The translations under genes were made by a program, and so were the position numbers. This document shows positions 54,216 through 63,904 of a stretch of DNA of 64,000 nucleotides, piece by piece. The DNA is taken from assembly GCA_027320085.1 (NCBI GenBank), contig DAHVLZ010000036.1, forward strand, positions 1-64,000. Direction: 5' to 3'. The stretch is from Pseudomonadota bacterium (GTDB lineage Bacteria; Pseudomonadota; Gammaproteobacteria; JAKAQQ01). Under the pieces are notes generated by a model. That model was given only the letters and a program-made list of their open reading frames with translations. It was not told the origin of the DNA and did no database searches. Every line of letters starts with the position of its first letter. Positions within the stretch are counted from its first letter, which is position 1.

Positions 54216-54646
54216 CGAAACCTACCGGCTGCTCGATGAATGATGAGAACACGGTTTTTCCGGTAGAGAACCGCCCTGACCGGGGAGCCTGCGCGTTGTA
54301 GTGCCCGCACCAGAACTTTGAGCGCTTGGATAAAGGAACCATGGACGACCGCACGCGTCGTCAAAAGATAGTCCTTGGGACTTTTCCAGACAAGCTGGTA
54401 ATCCGAACGAGCAGTCCACCGCCGGAGTTCATGGTGAAGACTGCCTGGGAACACGAGCCAGGTTCGCGATCCTGTGGCATGGCGCTGGTGGATCCTTCGA
54501 GAAACGTGAAAAGGATACCGTGCAGCATGCTCGACTTTGAAAAGCACTGGAGCACCGTTACGATGCATGCCGGCAGCTCGACCGGGTCGCGGAATCAGCA
54601 TCAGTCCGACTAAGAATCCGACGGACCATCCGGAACGCACGTTCAC
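54212..54646 (-). CDS. TcpQ-domain protein
   Basis: L..W.....YQLVW....DY...F..AL..L...N.VL motif. Confidence 0.72.
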   Translation of the reverse strand: MNVRSGWSVGFLVGLMLIPRPGRAAGMHRNGAPVLFKVEHAARYPFHVSRRIHQRHATGSRTWLVFPGSLHHELRRWTARSDYQLVWKSPKDYLLTTRAVVHGSFIQALKVLVRALQRAGSPVRAVLYRKNRVLIIHRAAGRFR

Positions 54647-55302
54647 AAACCCAGCGCCACGGCAACCACACGATTGCCACCGTAAACTCGGATCTTGAGA
54701 ATCCGTCCTCGCGAGCGGGCCCAAAGCGTGAGCGCGCGCAAGGCATGCCAAAGCCGGAGGTGGCCCCGATGCTCGTGCTGAACTCGCCAAGCAGGTCCCT
54801 TCCAGACCAATCGGTACCCGGCAAGCATGCACCAATGCAAAAGTTGACGACGGAGGTTGCCGGGGTGCAGGCGCCACTCCCGGAGCGGACCTCCCCCTCC
54901 ATGCTTCAGTGGCTTCTTCAAGCGGGCTTCACCCGTTCGTGCGGAATCTGCTAGGAGAAGGAGATGCCCTTTTTGGAGAGTGAGCACTACCTCGGGAGCC
55001 AACCCGTCGACAACCCAGTAAGGGTCTTCGCGGAACACGGGCAGGGACTTTGCCCCAAGAGAGCTGCCGGCTGCCGCACGGATCGGCTGACAGTCTGGAT
55101 GGTGGTTCATCCACAAGAAGATTTCCCGTCCGTTGTCGTAGGCGATCCGTGGCAGGCAGCGGGAACCCATTACTCGGTAATCGAAGTGGTAACGTCCATA
55201 TGCCACTCCACCAAGGGCCAGCCCAACGATTAAGAGTCCAGCCTGGACGGCTTTGGAGTCATATCTCGCACGACGCACTCTGAGTGGAGGCGGTAGAATC
55301 AT
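54643..55302 (-). CDS. TcpQ-domain protein with a VirB9/TrbG-like N-terminal module
   Basis: Y.FDY, AYDNG...F, PYWVV.G followed by L..W...AGYRLVW. Confidence 0.65.
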   Translation of the reverse strand: MILPPPLRVRRARYDSKAVQAGLLIVGLALGGVAYGRYHFDYRVMGSRCLPRIAYDNGREIFLWMNHHPDCQPIRAAAGSSLGAKSLPVFREDPYWVVDGLAPEVVLTLQKGHLLLLADSARTGEARLKKPLKHGGGGPLREWRLHPGNLRRQLLHWCMLAGYRLVWKGPAWRVQHEHRGHLRLWHALRALTLWARSRGRILKIRVYGGNRVVAVALGL

Positions 55303-55448
55303 GGCCCCGGATCTCCCGTGAAATCGGAGGGACAGCTTGCCGGACCGGATGGCATGCGAACAGCTTCAAATCCGCTGTTTCTGCCGGATTAGCCCAAATC
55401 ACTTCGGCTATGCTCCCCTCTCCAGGCCCCCCCCTACCAGGAGTCACA

Positions 55449-56612
55449 TTGCCCGAGCCGTCCAACCCTACTTCCTCCCTCACCTTCATCGGCCTACTCT
55501 CTGGCACGAGCGCCGATGGGGCAGATTGTGCAATCGTTGATTTCGGTCCGCCCCGTCCCCACCTGGAAGCGTTTCAGACGGTGCCTTATCCCTCAGAACT
55601 CCGTGCCCAGATTCTGGATCTGGCCTCCTCAAATTACAGGGGGCGAGATCCCCTGGATTTTCTCGGAGCACTGGATGCTGAGCTTGGGGAGTTCTTCGGC
55701 CAGACCGTCATCCGGATTTTATCTGAATCCGGAATTTCCTCACGCCGGATCCAAGCCATCGGCAGTCATGGCCAAACCGTTCGTCATCGGCCGAAGGGTA
55801 CCTATCCGTTTACGATCCAGATCGGCGACCCGAACCGGATCGCTGCCCAAAGCGGGATCCTCACGGTCGCGGATTTCAGGAGGATGGACCTGGCTTATGG
55901 TGGAGGAGGTGCTCCTCTCGTGCCCTCGTTCTGGAACGAATGCCTGGAACCGGATTCCCCAGCGTCCCGGGCAAAGACCGTCATCCTGAATCTTGGAGGC
56001 ATTGCCAACCTCACCTTGCTGCCTCCCTTGGTGCCAGAGGTCATGGGGTTTGATACTGGGCCCGCCAATACCTTACTTGATGGCTGGGTTTCCGAGCAGA
56101 CGGGTCAACCCTGTGACCAAGATGGCTTTTTCTCCAGCCAAGGACGGGTCATCCCGGAACTCCTCGAGGATCTCGCCCGGGACGACTACTTTAGTCGTCC
56201 GCCACCCAAAAGCACCGGACCGGAATATTTCAGTAGGGATTGGCTCCAGTCACGGCTTGCCCAGCAGCATGTCCACGCAACTGCCCCGGACATTGCCCGT
56301 ACACTCACCGCGTTGACCGCATTTACGGTCACACAGGCAGTCCTCGCTCATGCACCTGCAGGAAATCGCCTTCTGGTCAGCGGAGGAGGGGGGAAAAACC
56401 CACTTTTCATGGAGGAAATCCGACACCGCCTCCCCGGCTGGACAGTAACGACCACCCGGGCTGTCGGGTTTGACCCGGATGCGCTTGAGGCCATAGCATT
56501 TGCATGGCTGGCTTGGAAAAGGCTCTCTCATGAACCGGCGAGCCTACCCTCGGTAACCGGGGCCCGGAAGCCTGCTGTACTGGGCGCCATTTACAGACCT
56601 CCCCCAGCTTGA
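55449..56612 (+). CDS. anmK: Anhydro-N-acetylmuramic acid kinase
   Basis: IGL.SGTS.DG.D, GSHGQT, DFRR.D.A.GG.GAPL, FDTGPAN, KSTG.E.F; TTG start after AGGAG. Confidence 0.93.
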   Translation: MPEPSNPTSSLTFIGLLSGTSADGADCAIVDFGPPRPHLEAFQTVPYPSELRAQILDLASSNYRGRDPLDFLGALDAELGEFFGQTVIRILSESGISSRRIQAIGSHGQTVRHRPKGTYPFTIQIGDPNRIAAQSGILTVADFRRMDLAYGGGGAPLVPSFWNECLEPDSPASRAKTVILNLGGIANLTLLPPLVPEVMGFDTGPANTLLDGWVSEQTGQPCDQDGFFSSQGRVIPELLEDLARDDYFSRPPPKSTGPEYFSRDWLQSRLAQQHVHATAPDIARTLTALTAFTVTQAVLAHAPAGNRLLVSGGGGKNPLFMEEIRHRLPGWTVTTTRAVGFDPDALEAIAFAWLAWKRLSHEPASLPSVTGARKPAVLGAIYRPPPA

Positions 56613-56630
56613 TCGGCACTGATTGACCTT

Positions 56631-56658
56631 GGAACTTACCGATTGAATAGCACTCCAG
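56631..56658 (+). promoter_or_regulatory. Putative sigmaE-type promoter of rpoH
   Basis: GGAACTT-N16-TCCAG, similar to E. coli rpoH P3 (GAACTT-N16-TCTGA). Confidence 0.5.
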
Positions 56659-56673
56659 GTAGCAGAGTGCTAA
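56647..56673 (+). promoter_or_regulatory. CIRCE element (HrcA operator) upstream of rpoH
   Basis: ATAGCACTC-N9-GAGTGCTAA, 17/18 match to TTAGCACTC-N9-GAGTGCTAA. Confidence 0.88.
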
Positions 56674-56714
56674 AATATCTCCCAAGTCATGGTGCATTAG
56701 GCGAGGTTCGCTTT

Positions 56715-57599
56715 ATGAATCAAGAACTTGAAGCTTTCCAAGCCATAACCCAAAGTCCCCAGCAGAGTCTGGAAGCCTATCTCAAGGCGATCCGCCGTAT
56801 TCCGGTGCTGTCGCCCGACGAAGAACGGGAACTATTCCGCCGGTACCGGCAGGATGGCGATCTTTTTTCGGCCCAGAAACTCGTCTTGTCCAACCTCCGC
56901 TTTGTGGTCTACATCGCGAGAAGTTATCGCAACTATGGCCTTCCCATGGGTGATCTCGTCCAAGAAGGCAACATCGGACTCATGAAAGCGGTCAAACATT
57001 TCAACCCCGAGCGGGGCGTTCGGCTGATCAGCTTTGCAGTCCATTGGATTCGGGCGGAGATCCATGAATTTATCATCCGGAATTGGCGCCTGGTCAAAAT
57101 TGCCACGACAAAAGCCCAGCGCCGTCTTTTCTTCAACCTCCGCAAGCACCTCAAGGGTCCGGGGAGCCTAACGGCCGCGGAAGCCGCGAGGATCGCACAA
57201 GACTTGAGAGTCAGCCCGGCGGAGGTACACCATATGGAGACTCGGCTTCTGGGACATGAAATCAGCCTGAACGGGCGGACAGATGCCGCGGGCGAAGAGA
57301 TGGAGTCGCCACGTGCTCCCATCGAATGGCTGGCAGATGAGACCAGCCGGGATCCAGAGTCTCTGCTCGAGCAGGCAGACTCAGAAAGACATGAGCACCG
57401 GAGCCTAGAGGCAGCCCTAGAAAAACTGGATGATCGCAGTCGTGAGATCGTGCGTGCCCGCTGGCTCGGAAGTAGTGAAAAGCCCGCACTCAAGGTTCTG
57501 GCAGAACGTTTTGGTATCTCGGTCGAAAGAGTCCGCCAGATTGAGGCTAAGGCTTTGGGTCGCCTGCGTCAGGAACTCGGACCACTCGCTGCAACCTGA
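56715..57599 (+). CDS. rpoH: Heat-shock sigma factor sigma32
   Basis: DLVQEGNIGLMKAV, FAVHWIRAEIHE, RpoH box QRRLFFNLR. Confidence 0.95.
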   Translation: MNQELEAFQAITQSPQQSLEAYLKAIRRIPVLSPDEERELFRRYRQDGDLFSAQKLVLSNLRFVVYIARSYRNYGLPMGDLVQEGNIGLMKAVKHFNPERGVRLISFAVHWIRAEIHEFIIRNWRLVKIATTKAQRRLFFNLRKHLKGPGSLTAAEAARIAQDLRVSPAEVHHMETRLLGHEISLNGRTDAAGEEMESPRAPIEWLADETSRDPESLLEQADSERHEHRSLEAALEKLDDRSREIVRARWLGSSEKPALKVLAERFGISVERVRQIEAKALGRLRQELGPLAAT

Positions 57600-57620
57600 A
57601 TTCTCTCTAGTTGATTCGGA

Positions 57621-58541
57621 TCAGGCGCTCCCCCACGGCGGGGTCACGTAGTGTCCCACGAGCAGAAACGCGAAAAGCAGGGACAGATACCAGATGGAGT
57701 ACCGGAATAGCGCGAGCGCAGAGGGCACCGGTTGGGCAGCCCGGGTGAGCCGCACCAGCCCGGCGAGAAAACCACCGTTCAATGCCGTCACACCAGCCAG
57801 GTAAATCCACCCGCCATAACCAAGCAGTCCCGGCAGGTAGCTGATGGCATTCAGCAGGATCGTATAAAGCACGATCTGCAGGATCGTGAACCGCTCACCA
57901 TGGGTTACGGGGAGCATGGGAATTCCTGCACGCTCGTAATCGCTCCGGCGGCCAATGGCCAGGGACCAGAAATGGGGCGGAGTCCACACAAAGATAATCA
58001 TGAACAGGCTGAGGCTGACCGCTGAGATGTGATCGGTCATCGCTGTCCAGCCGAGGATCGGGGGTGCCGCTCCCGCTGCCCCTCCGATCACGATGTTCTG
58101 CGGGGTGGTTTTCTTGAGGAAACGCGTATAGACGAGGCCATAGCCGATCAGCGAGACCAGGGTGAGAACGGCCGTGAGTCTATTCACGGCAACAACCAGA
58201 ATGATCAAGGCCGCCGTGGCCAGAAGCCAGGCCCAGCAGAGAACCTGCCATGGCAGGAGATGCCCCTGGGGAAGGGGGCGATAACGTGTCCTCAGCATCT
58301 GGGCATCGATACGCCGGTCCAGGAGATGGTTAAACGCGGCTGCGGAGGCTGCGGCACATCCAATTCCAACTGTCGCCGCACACAAAAGACCCAGGGGTGG
58401 CCACCCGGGAACCGCAAGCAACATACCAACCAAGGCAGTAAACACGATCAGCGAGACCACCCGGGGCTTCGTCACCCCGATGAGATCGCGCCAATTCACA
58501 AGTAGCAGAGTCTTTAGCGGGGAGACGGGGCGGGCGTCCAC
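57621..58541 (-). CDS. ctaB: Heme o synthase (protoheme IX farnesyltransferase)
   Basis: TKPRVV, DRRID..M.RT..RPLP.G, WTPPHFW. Confidence 0.93.
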   Translation of the reverse strand: MDARPVSPLKTLLLVNWRDLIGVTKPRVVSLIVFTALVGMLLAVPGWPPLGLLCAATVGIGCAAASAAAFNHLLDRRIDAQMLRTRYRPLPQGHLLPWQVLCWAWLLATAALIILVVAVNRLTAVLTLVSLIGYGLVYTRFLKKTTPQNIVIGGAAGAAPPILGWTAMTDHISAVSLSLFMIIFVWTPPHFWSLAIGRRSDYERAGIPMLPVTHGERFTILQIVLYTILLNAISYLPGLLGYGGWIYLAGVTALNGGFLAGLVRLTRAAQPVPSALALFRYSIWYLSLLFAFLLVGHYVTPPWGSA

Positions 58542-59539
58542 AACGCATAGACCAGAAGCGAGACCGCACCCAGCAGGAGCGCAGCAAAAAAGGTATGGCT
58601 GACAGCAAGCCAGCGCGGCATGCCAATTGTCGCCATGCTGACCCCGATGGTCACTTGAATGACCGTGAGACCCGCGACCACGGCACTCATCAACCTAACG
58701 GTCCTTCTCCGGCAGCGGACCCAAAGGGCTGCCGCCCACGCCATCACAGTGACGGAAACCACGAGCGCCCCGAGACGGTGCAGGAAGTAGATCGCCGCCC
58801 GTGCACGCAGTGGGAGCGTGCCCCCTTGGTAATTGACACCCAGACGGTTCCAGAGCACGAAAGCCCGTCCGTACGCAAGGTGCTGAGGCCACCAGCGACC
58901 GAGACAGGTCGGGAAATCCGGACAACCGACCCAAGCGTAATGCGTACTGGTCCAAGCCCCAAGGAAGATCTGAATCACTAGGAAGGAAAGCGCAACGAGC
59001 CCTATCCTGCGTCCCCATGGAGACAGGACCTCCCCCCGCCAGCTGAAGGTGCCGGTGTCTCGAGCCCAGAGGAGAAGCAAGCAGTCCCAGATCAAAAGCG
59101 CTCCCAGTAGGTGTCCGACCACAACGAGTGGCTCGAGCTCAAGGGTGACGGTCCACATGCCCAGAGCCGCTTGCAGGACGACGAGTCCCAGGATGACCCA
59201 AGGGAGCCTCCGCGGCCGCTGCTCCCGCTGGCGCGCTTTGGAAAGTGACAATAGCGCGATCACCAAGATCACAAGACCGAGACCGCCGGCAAGGTAACGG
59301 TGGAACATCTCCTTGAAGGCCTGAGCTGGACGGAGCGGCCGACCGGGGTGCAATCGGTCGGCTTGTCGAATGGCCATTGCCCGGGTCGGTACCACCAGGT
59401 GTCCATAGCATGCGGGCCAGCTTGGACAGGACAGACCTGCATTGGACAGCCGGACATAGGCCCCCACGGCTATCAGCGCCAGTGTCCAGACGATTGCCAG
59501 TGCCGTAAATACCCGGAACCAGTCCCAGCGCCTGCGCAT
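58514..59539 (-). CDS. ctaA: Heme a synthase (COX15/CtaA)
   Basis: GLSCPSWPAC, EMFHRY, second CPDFPTC. Confidence 0.9.
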   Translation of the reverse strand: MRRRWDWFRVFTALAIVWTLALIAVGAYVRLSNAGLSCPSWPACYGHLVVPTRAMAIRQADRLHPGRPLRPAQAFKEMFHRYLAGGLGLVILVIALLSLSKARQREQRPRRLPWVILGLVVLQAALGMWTVTLELEPLVVVGHLLGALLIWDCLLLLWARDTGTFSWRGEVLSPWGRRIGLVALSFLVIQIFLGAWTSTHYAWVGCPDFPTCLGRWWPQHLAYGRAFVLWNRLGVNYQGGTLPLRARAAIYFLHRLGALVVSVTVMAWAAALWVRCRRRTVRLMSAVVAGLTVIQVTIGVSMATIGMPRWLAVSHTFFAALLLGAVSLLVYALWTPAPSPR

Positions 59540-60150
59540 CAGCTGATCTCGGAAACGGAGAGCAAGCGTTTGAGATCATGGAGCAATCCGGCCGGATTGA
59601 CAGCGGCCGGATACGACATCATGAGGTTACCCATGGGATCGACTAAATAGATACGCTGCCCGAGGTGAGCATGTGACGCCTTGAAAAACTGTCGGATAAA
59701 ATCCCGGCCGGTCCGGCCCCTAGCCATGACGATGGTGAGATCTGGGTCCTCGACCCTGAGAAATGCGAGCTTCCGTGGGTGCTGGGTCACCACATAGAGA
59801 CGTTGCACACGGCGAATCTGCTCCCCCAAGGCGAGGCGGATCTGGCGGGTAGCATAAATCGCCGCCCGGCAATCGGGATCGCAATTAGCTCCGCCGATGT
59901 AAACCAAGGTCCAACGACCATGAAAATAGCGGGAGCCGTCGGCTTGGGGACCGGCAATCCACTGGAGCGGGGTGATCCGCAGTTTGACCGGCGGGGTAAT
60001 CAGGTTCCCATAGTTTGTGGTCTGACCTACCCCCCACTGGTCTACATTGACGTACCAAAGCCCGGCGATCATGAAAGGCAAGGCAAAAACGCCAATCAGG
60101 GCGACCCAGATAGCCCATCGCGGGAAGAAAGACTGGCGGGTTGCGTTCAT
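59539..60150 (-). CDS. SCO/thioredoxin-fold oxidase assembly protein
   Basis: N-terminal TM, CDPDC (CxxxC), LVDP.GN.MM.Y, DLKRLL. Confidence 0.75.
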   Translation of the reverse strand: MNATRQSFFPRWAIWVALIGVFALPFMIAGLWYVNVDQWGVGQTTNYGNLITPPVKLRITPLQWIAGPQADGSRYFHGRWTLVYIGGANCDPDCRAAIYATRQIRLALGEQIRRVQRLYVVTQHPRKLAFLRVEDPDLTIVMARGRTGRDFIRQFFKASHAHLGQRIYLVDPMGNLMMSYPAAVNPAGLLHDLKRLLSVSEIS

Positions 60151-60866
60151 GAAGGAGACTTCCGCTGCAGGTTAAGGCCGATCCACACGCCCAGAACAAC
60201 TAAGGCCAAGATTGTCCATTGCACAGCATAGCCGAAATGCTGCTCGGGTCCGATTTTCTTGATCGGCCTCCACTGGCGGACGAAGCCACCTGGCTGATGG
60301 GGACCCAGTAACAGCACGAGATGCGTAAGTCGGTGCCGATAAAGCGCCTCTAAGTAACGATGGGAAGGGTAGAGGACCGGCTTAGGCCAATGGGGAGGGA
60401 CTGGTCCGCGTCCGAGGCGGAGCGCGGGGCGCGGGATCCGGCCGGCGTATCCCACAAGTCGAACGGTTCCATGGGGAAGCTGTTTATCCAAGTCCTTCCG
60501 CGTCGCACCCAACGGACTAGTGGGTATCCATCCACGGTCGACCGGAATCCAGGCCAGGCTCGCACGGGGCCGGAAAACACTCACGACCTCTGAGCCGATT
60601 TCGTTTCGATGGTAAAGGTCGATGAGAAGAAGGTCCCTTTTCCGGAGATACCGTCCTTGAATGGAGATCCGCTCAAAGGGTGCGGTAGAAAATCCTGGGG
60701 ACCAGGGCGCAGACCGTGCCCGGGCACTTGTTTGAAGCGTCCTTAGCTGGCTTTCGCCATGCCAAGCAGCATGCCACTGCCAATGTGCGAGAAAACTAAA
60801 TCCCACGATCAGGATCCAGGCCGCAATGGTGGGCCACCACCTCGGTCGAAAGCGCCAGCCGATCAT
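60147..60866 (-). CDS. SURF1 family protein
   Basis: WQW, VDRGWIP, HFGYAVQW. Confidence 0.85.
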   Translation of the reverse strand: MIGWRFRPRWWPTIAAWILIVGFSFLAHWQWHAAWHGESQLRTLQTSARARSAPWSPGFSTAPFERISIQGRYLRKRDLLLIDLYHRNEIGSEVVSVFRPRASLAWIPVDRGWIPTSPLGATRKDLDKQLPHGTVRLVGYAGRIPRPALRLGRGPVPPHWPKPVLYPSHRYLEALYRHRLTHLVLLLGPHQPGGFVRQWRPIKKIGPEQHFGYAVQWTILALVVLGVWIGLNLQRKSPS

Positions 60867-60949
60867 CCACAGTCCACCATGGTCATGGAGCGTAAAACCC
60901 ATGGCATACTAGGGCTCGGCTCCGCTCACCGAGGTCCCCGGTCGCAGCC

Positions 60950-61171
60950 ATGCTTTTCAAGATCGTCATTGTCGCGCTCTTCATCGTGATCGTCGCCACC
61001 TTGTTTCAAGGACTGTGGTTCCTGTTCAAGGATCGAGGAGAAAGCACCCGCACGGTCCGGGCTCTGTCCTGGCGGATCGGACTTTCCCTCGTCCTTTTTC
61101 TGCTACTGATGCTGGGTTATTGGCTTGGCTGGATCCATCCGCATGGCATCCAGCCCGGTATGCCGGGATAG
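60950..61171 (+). CDS. Twin-TM small protein (DUF2909-like)
   Basis: KD.G...RTV.AL.WRIGLS, GWI.PHG; usual antisense position in cox clusters. Confidence 0.85.
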   Translation: MLFKIVIVALFIVIVATLFQGLWFLFKDRGESTRTVRALSWRIGLSLVLFLLLMLGYWLGWIHPHGIQPGMPG

Positions 61172-61187
61172 CTGTGCCTGACCCGAT

Positions 61188-62057
61188 TCAGAGCCAATAC
61201 ACGAAGATAAAAAGACCCAGCCAGACGATATCGACGAAGTGCCAGTACCAGGAGACGGCCTCAAAGGCGAAGTGACGCTCTGGCGTGAAATGCCCACGTA
61301 ATACTCGGACCAGAATCACCGTCAACATGATCACGCCAATCGTGACGTGCAGGCCATGGAAACCGGTCAAAATAAAAAAGGTCGCACCATAAATGCCGCT
61401 GTGGAGCGTCAGGTTGAAGTGGGTATAAGCCAGATAATACTCATGCGCCTGCATGGCCAGGAAGGTGGCACCGAGGGCGATGGTGGCCACCAGCCCGGCC
61501 ACGACCTTGCGGCGGTGTCCTGCCTTGAGGGCCCAATGCGCCCAAGTCACAGTAACAGCACTGGAAAGAAGGATCAGGGTATTAAGCGCCGGGATTCCCC
61601 AAGTCGGCATCTGGGTGAATTCGCCCCCGGCGTGAGCCGGACCGTTGGTCGGCCACAGGGCCCGGTAGTGCGGATAAAGCAGGGCATGGGTGAAAAACAT
61701 GTTACCCGCTCCCCCGAGCCAGGGAACCACAAATAACCGTTCATAGAAAAGTGTGCCGAAGAAGGCACCAAAAAACATCACTTCCGAAAAGATGAAAAAG
61801 ACCATCCCCCAGCGGAACGTACGGTCCACCTGCAGGTTGTAGTGGCCTGCCAAGCTTTCCCGGATGACGGTACCAAACCAGCCAAACTTAGTCGAAACGA
61901 TGCAGAACACGCCAGCCCCCATCACCAACGGACCGGCCAGATCATAACCATCGAGCCAGATGCCAGCTCCGAGCATGAAGGCAAAAAGCCCGATGGACCC
62001 CAGGATCGACCAGCGGCTTTCATGAGGCAGATAGTAGGTATCGGCTGAAACGTTCAT
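61188..62057 (-). CDS. coxC: Cytochrome c oxidase subunit III
   Basis: FIFSEVMFF, TGFHGLHV, WYWHFVDIVW. Confidence 0.95.
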   Translation of the reverse strand: MNVSADTYYLPHESRWSILGSIGLFAFMLGAGIWLDGYDLAGPLVMGAGVFCIVSTKFGWFGTVIRESLAGHYNLQVDRTFRWGMVFFIFSEVMFFGAFFGTLFYERLFVVPWLGGAGNMFFTHALLYPHYRALWPTNGPAHAGGEFTQMPTWGIPALNTLILLSSAVTVTWAHWALKAGHRRKVVAGLVATIALGATFLAMQAHEYYLAYTHFNLTLHSGIYGATFFILTGFHGLHVTIGVIMLTVILVRVLRGHFTPERHFAFEAVSWYWHFVDIVWLGLFIFVYWL

Positions 62058-62135
62058 GCAGACCTCATTTCCTGGAAAAGCAGAAAAACACAGGGCCAGG
62101 GTACTAATGAATCCGGGGCCGTCCCAGGGAACCCT

Positions 62136-62270
62136 TCACCGGACCCACGCGCCCACCAGATAGAACCCAACATAGAAGATCAAAGACACAATTCCCAAGA
62201 GGATCGCCATGCGCACCGCGCGCCGATGGCGGCGTCCCTCTTCGAATTCCGACTCGGGCTCGACGACCAT
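62136..62270 (-). CDS. 44-aa single-TM small protein after coxA (not in the ORF track)
   Basis: MVVEPESEFEEGRRHRRAVRMAILLGIVSLIFYVGFYLVGAWVR; GAGG SD at the coxA stop. Confidence 0.7.
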   Translation of the reverse strand: MVVEPESEFEEGRRHRRAVRMAILLGIVSLIFYVGFYLVGAWVR

Positions 62271-62276
62271 CCGGCC

Positions 62277-63857
62277 TCACCCGGGGACCTCAGGTGGAGT
62301 GGCGAAGGTATGGTAGGGAGCTGGTGAGGGAACCGTCCATTCGAGGCCGTGGGCCCCCTCCCAAGCCCGAGCTTCTGCCCGCCGACCTCCATAAACCGTC
62401 GCGAAGATAATGGCTACAAAGATGAGCTGGGAAGCGCCGAATATGAACCCCCCGATGCTGGAAATCATGTTGAGATTGGTGAATTGGACAGCATAGTCCG
62501 GCACCCTGCGTGGCATCCCCGCCAAGCCGAGAAAATGCATCGGAAAATAGAGCATGTTGGCGGAGATCACGCTCAGCCAGAAATGGACCTTGCCCCAGAA
62601 CTCATTGTACATATGCCCGGTCCATTTGGGCAGCCAGTAGTAGACGGCACCCATGATGGCGAACACGGCACCAGTCACAAGAACGTAGTGGAAATGGGCC
62701 ACCACGAAGTAGCTATTGTGGTACTGGAAATCCGCCGGAACCAAAGCCAGCATAACTCCTGAGAATCCACCGATGGTGAACAGGATGATGAAAGCCACGG
62801 CAAACAGCATCGGCGTCTCAAAAGTAATGGCCCCTCGCCACATGGTCGCTACCCAGTTGAAAATCTTGACCCCGGTGGGCACAGCGATGAGCATGGTGCT
62901 GAACATGAAGAAGAGGTCGGCGGAAACCGGCATCCCCGAGGTGAACATGTGGTGACCCCAAACAATGAAAGATAGAAAGGCAATCGAAGCCAGGGCATAG
63001 ATCATTGAGGTCCGGCCAAAAAGCGGTTTCCGGGAAAAGGTCGGCACAATCTCCGAGATGATGCCGAAGGCTGGCAGGATCATGATGTAGACTTCAGGAT
63101 GTCCGAAGAACCAAAACACATGTTCCCAGAGGAGAGGGGTTCCACCGCCGGCCACTGAGAAAAAGTGGGTTCCGAAATAGTGATCCAAGAGCTGCATCGT
63201 GACCCCACCGGCCAAGACTGGCATGACGGCCACGAGCAGGTACGCTGTGATCAGCCACGCCCAGACGAAAAGTGGCATCTTCATGAGGGTCATCCCCGGG
63301 GCCCTCATGTTGAGGATGGTGACAATCACGTTAATGCCACCCAAAACCGAGGAAATGCCCATGAGGTGGATGGCGAAGATCATGAAGGGGAAGGAGTAGC
63401 CGAGCTCAAGGCTGTAGGGAACATACAGCGTCCACCCGCCCTGCGGCGCTCCACCTGGCAAAAACAGAGTCAAGAGCAAGAGCGTGAAGGCGAACGGCAG
63501 GATCCAGAAACTCCAGTTGTTGAGCCGGGGAAGCGCCATGTCCGGCGCCCCAATCATGAGGGGGATCATCCAGTTCGCGAGCCCCACGAACGCCGGCATA
63601 ACCGCCCCGAAGACCATGACGAGCCCGTGGAGGGTAACCATCTGGTTGTAGAAGGCCGGGGTCACAAACTGAAGGCCCGGCTGGTAGAGTTCTGCACGGA
63701 TCACCATGGCCATAGCCCCACCAATGAAGAACATGATGAGGCTGAAAATAAGGTAGAGCGTCCCGATGTCCTTGTGGTTGGTGGTCGTGATCCAGCGCAT
63801 CAGACCGCGCCGGGTGGCGTGGTGTGGTTCCGCGGGTAGGGCGACTGACTCGGTCAT
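62277..63857 (-). CDS. coxA: Cytochrome c oxidase subunit I (type A1)
   Basis: TTNHKDIG, WFFGHPEVY, WGHHM, VAHFHY, GMPRR. Confidence 0.97.
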   Translation of the reverse strand: MTESVALPAEPHHATRRGLMRWITTTNHKDIGTLYLIFSLIMFFIGGAMAMVIRAELYQPGLQFVTPAFYNQMVTLHGLVMVFGAVMPAFVGLANWMIPLMIGAPDMALPRLNNWSFWILPFAFTLLLLTLFLPGGAPQGGWTLYVPYSLELGYSFPFMIFAIHLMGISSVLGGINVIVTILNMRAPGMTLMKMPLFVWAWLITAYLLVAVMPVLAGGVTMQLLDHYFGTHFFSVAGGGTPLLWEHVFWFFGHPEVYIMILPAFGIISEIVPTFSRKPLFGRTSMIYALASIAFLSFIVWGHHMFTSGMPVSADLFFMFSTMLIAVPTGVKIFNWVATMWRGAITFETPMLFAVAFIILFTIGGFSGVMLALVPADFQYHNSYFVVAHFHYVLVTGAVFAIMGAVYYWLPKWTGHMYNEFWGKVHFWLSVISANMLYFPMHFLGLAGMPRRVPDYAVQFTNLNMISSIGGFIFGASQLIFVAIIFATVYGGRRAEARAWEGAHGLEWTVPSPAPYHTFATPPEVPG

Positions 63858-63904
63858 CGTTTGGGCTCTCCGTTCTTTAGGTCAGCAAACGGTATTCGGG
63901 AAAT

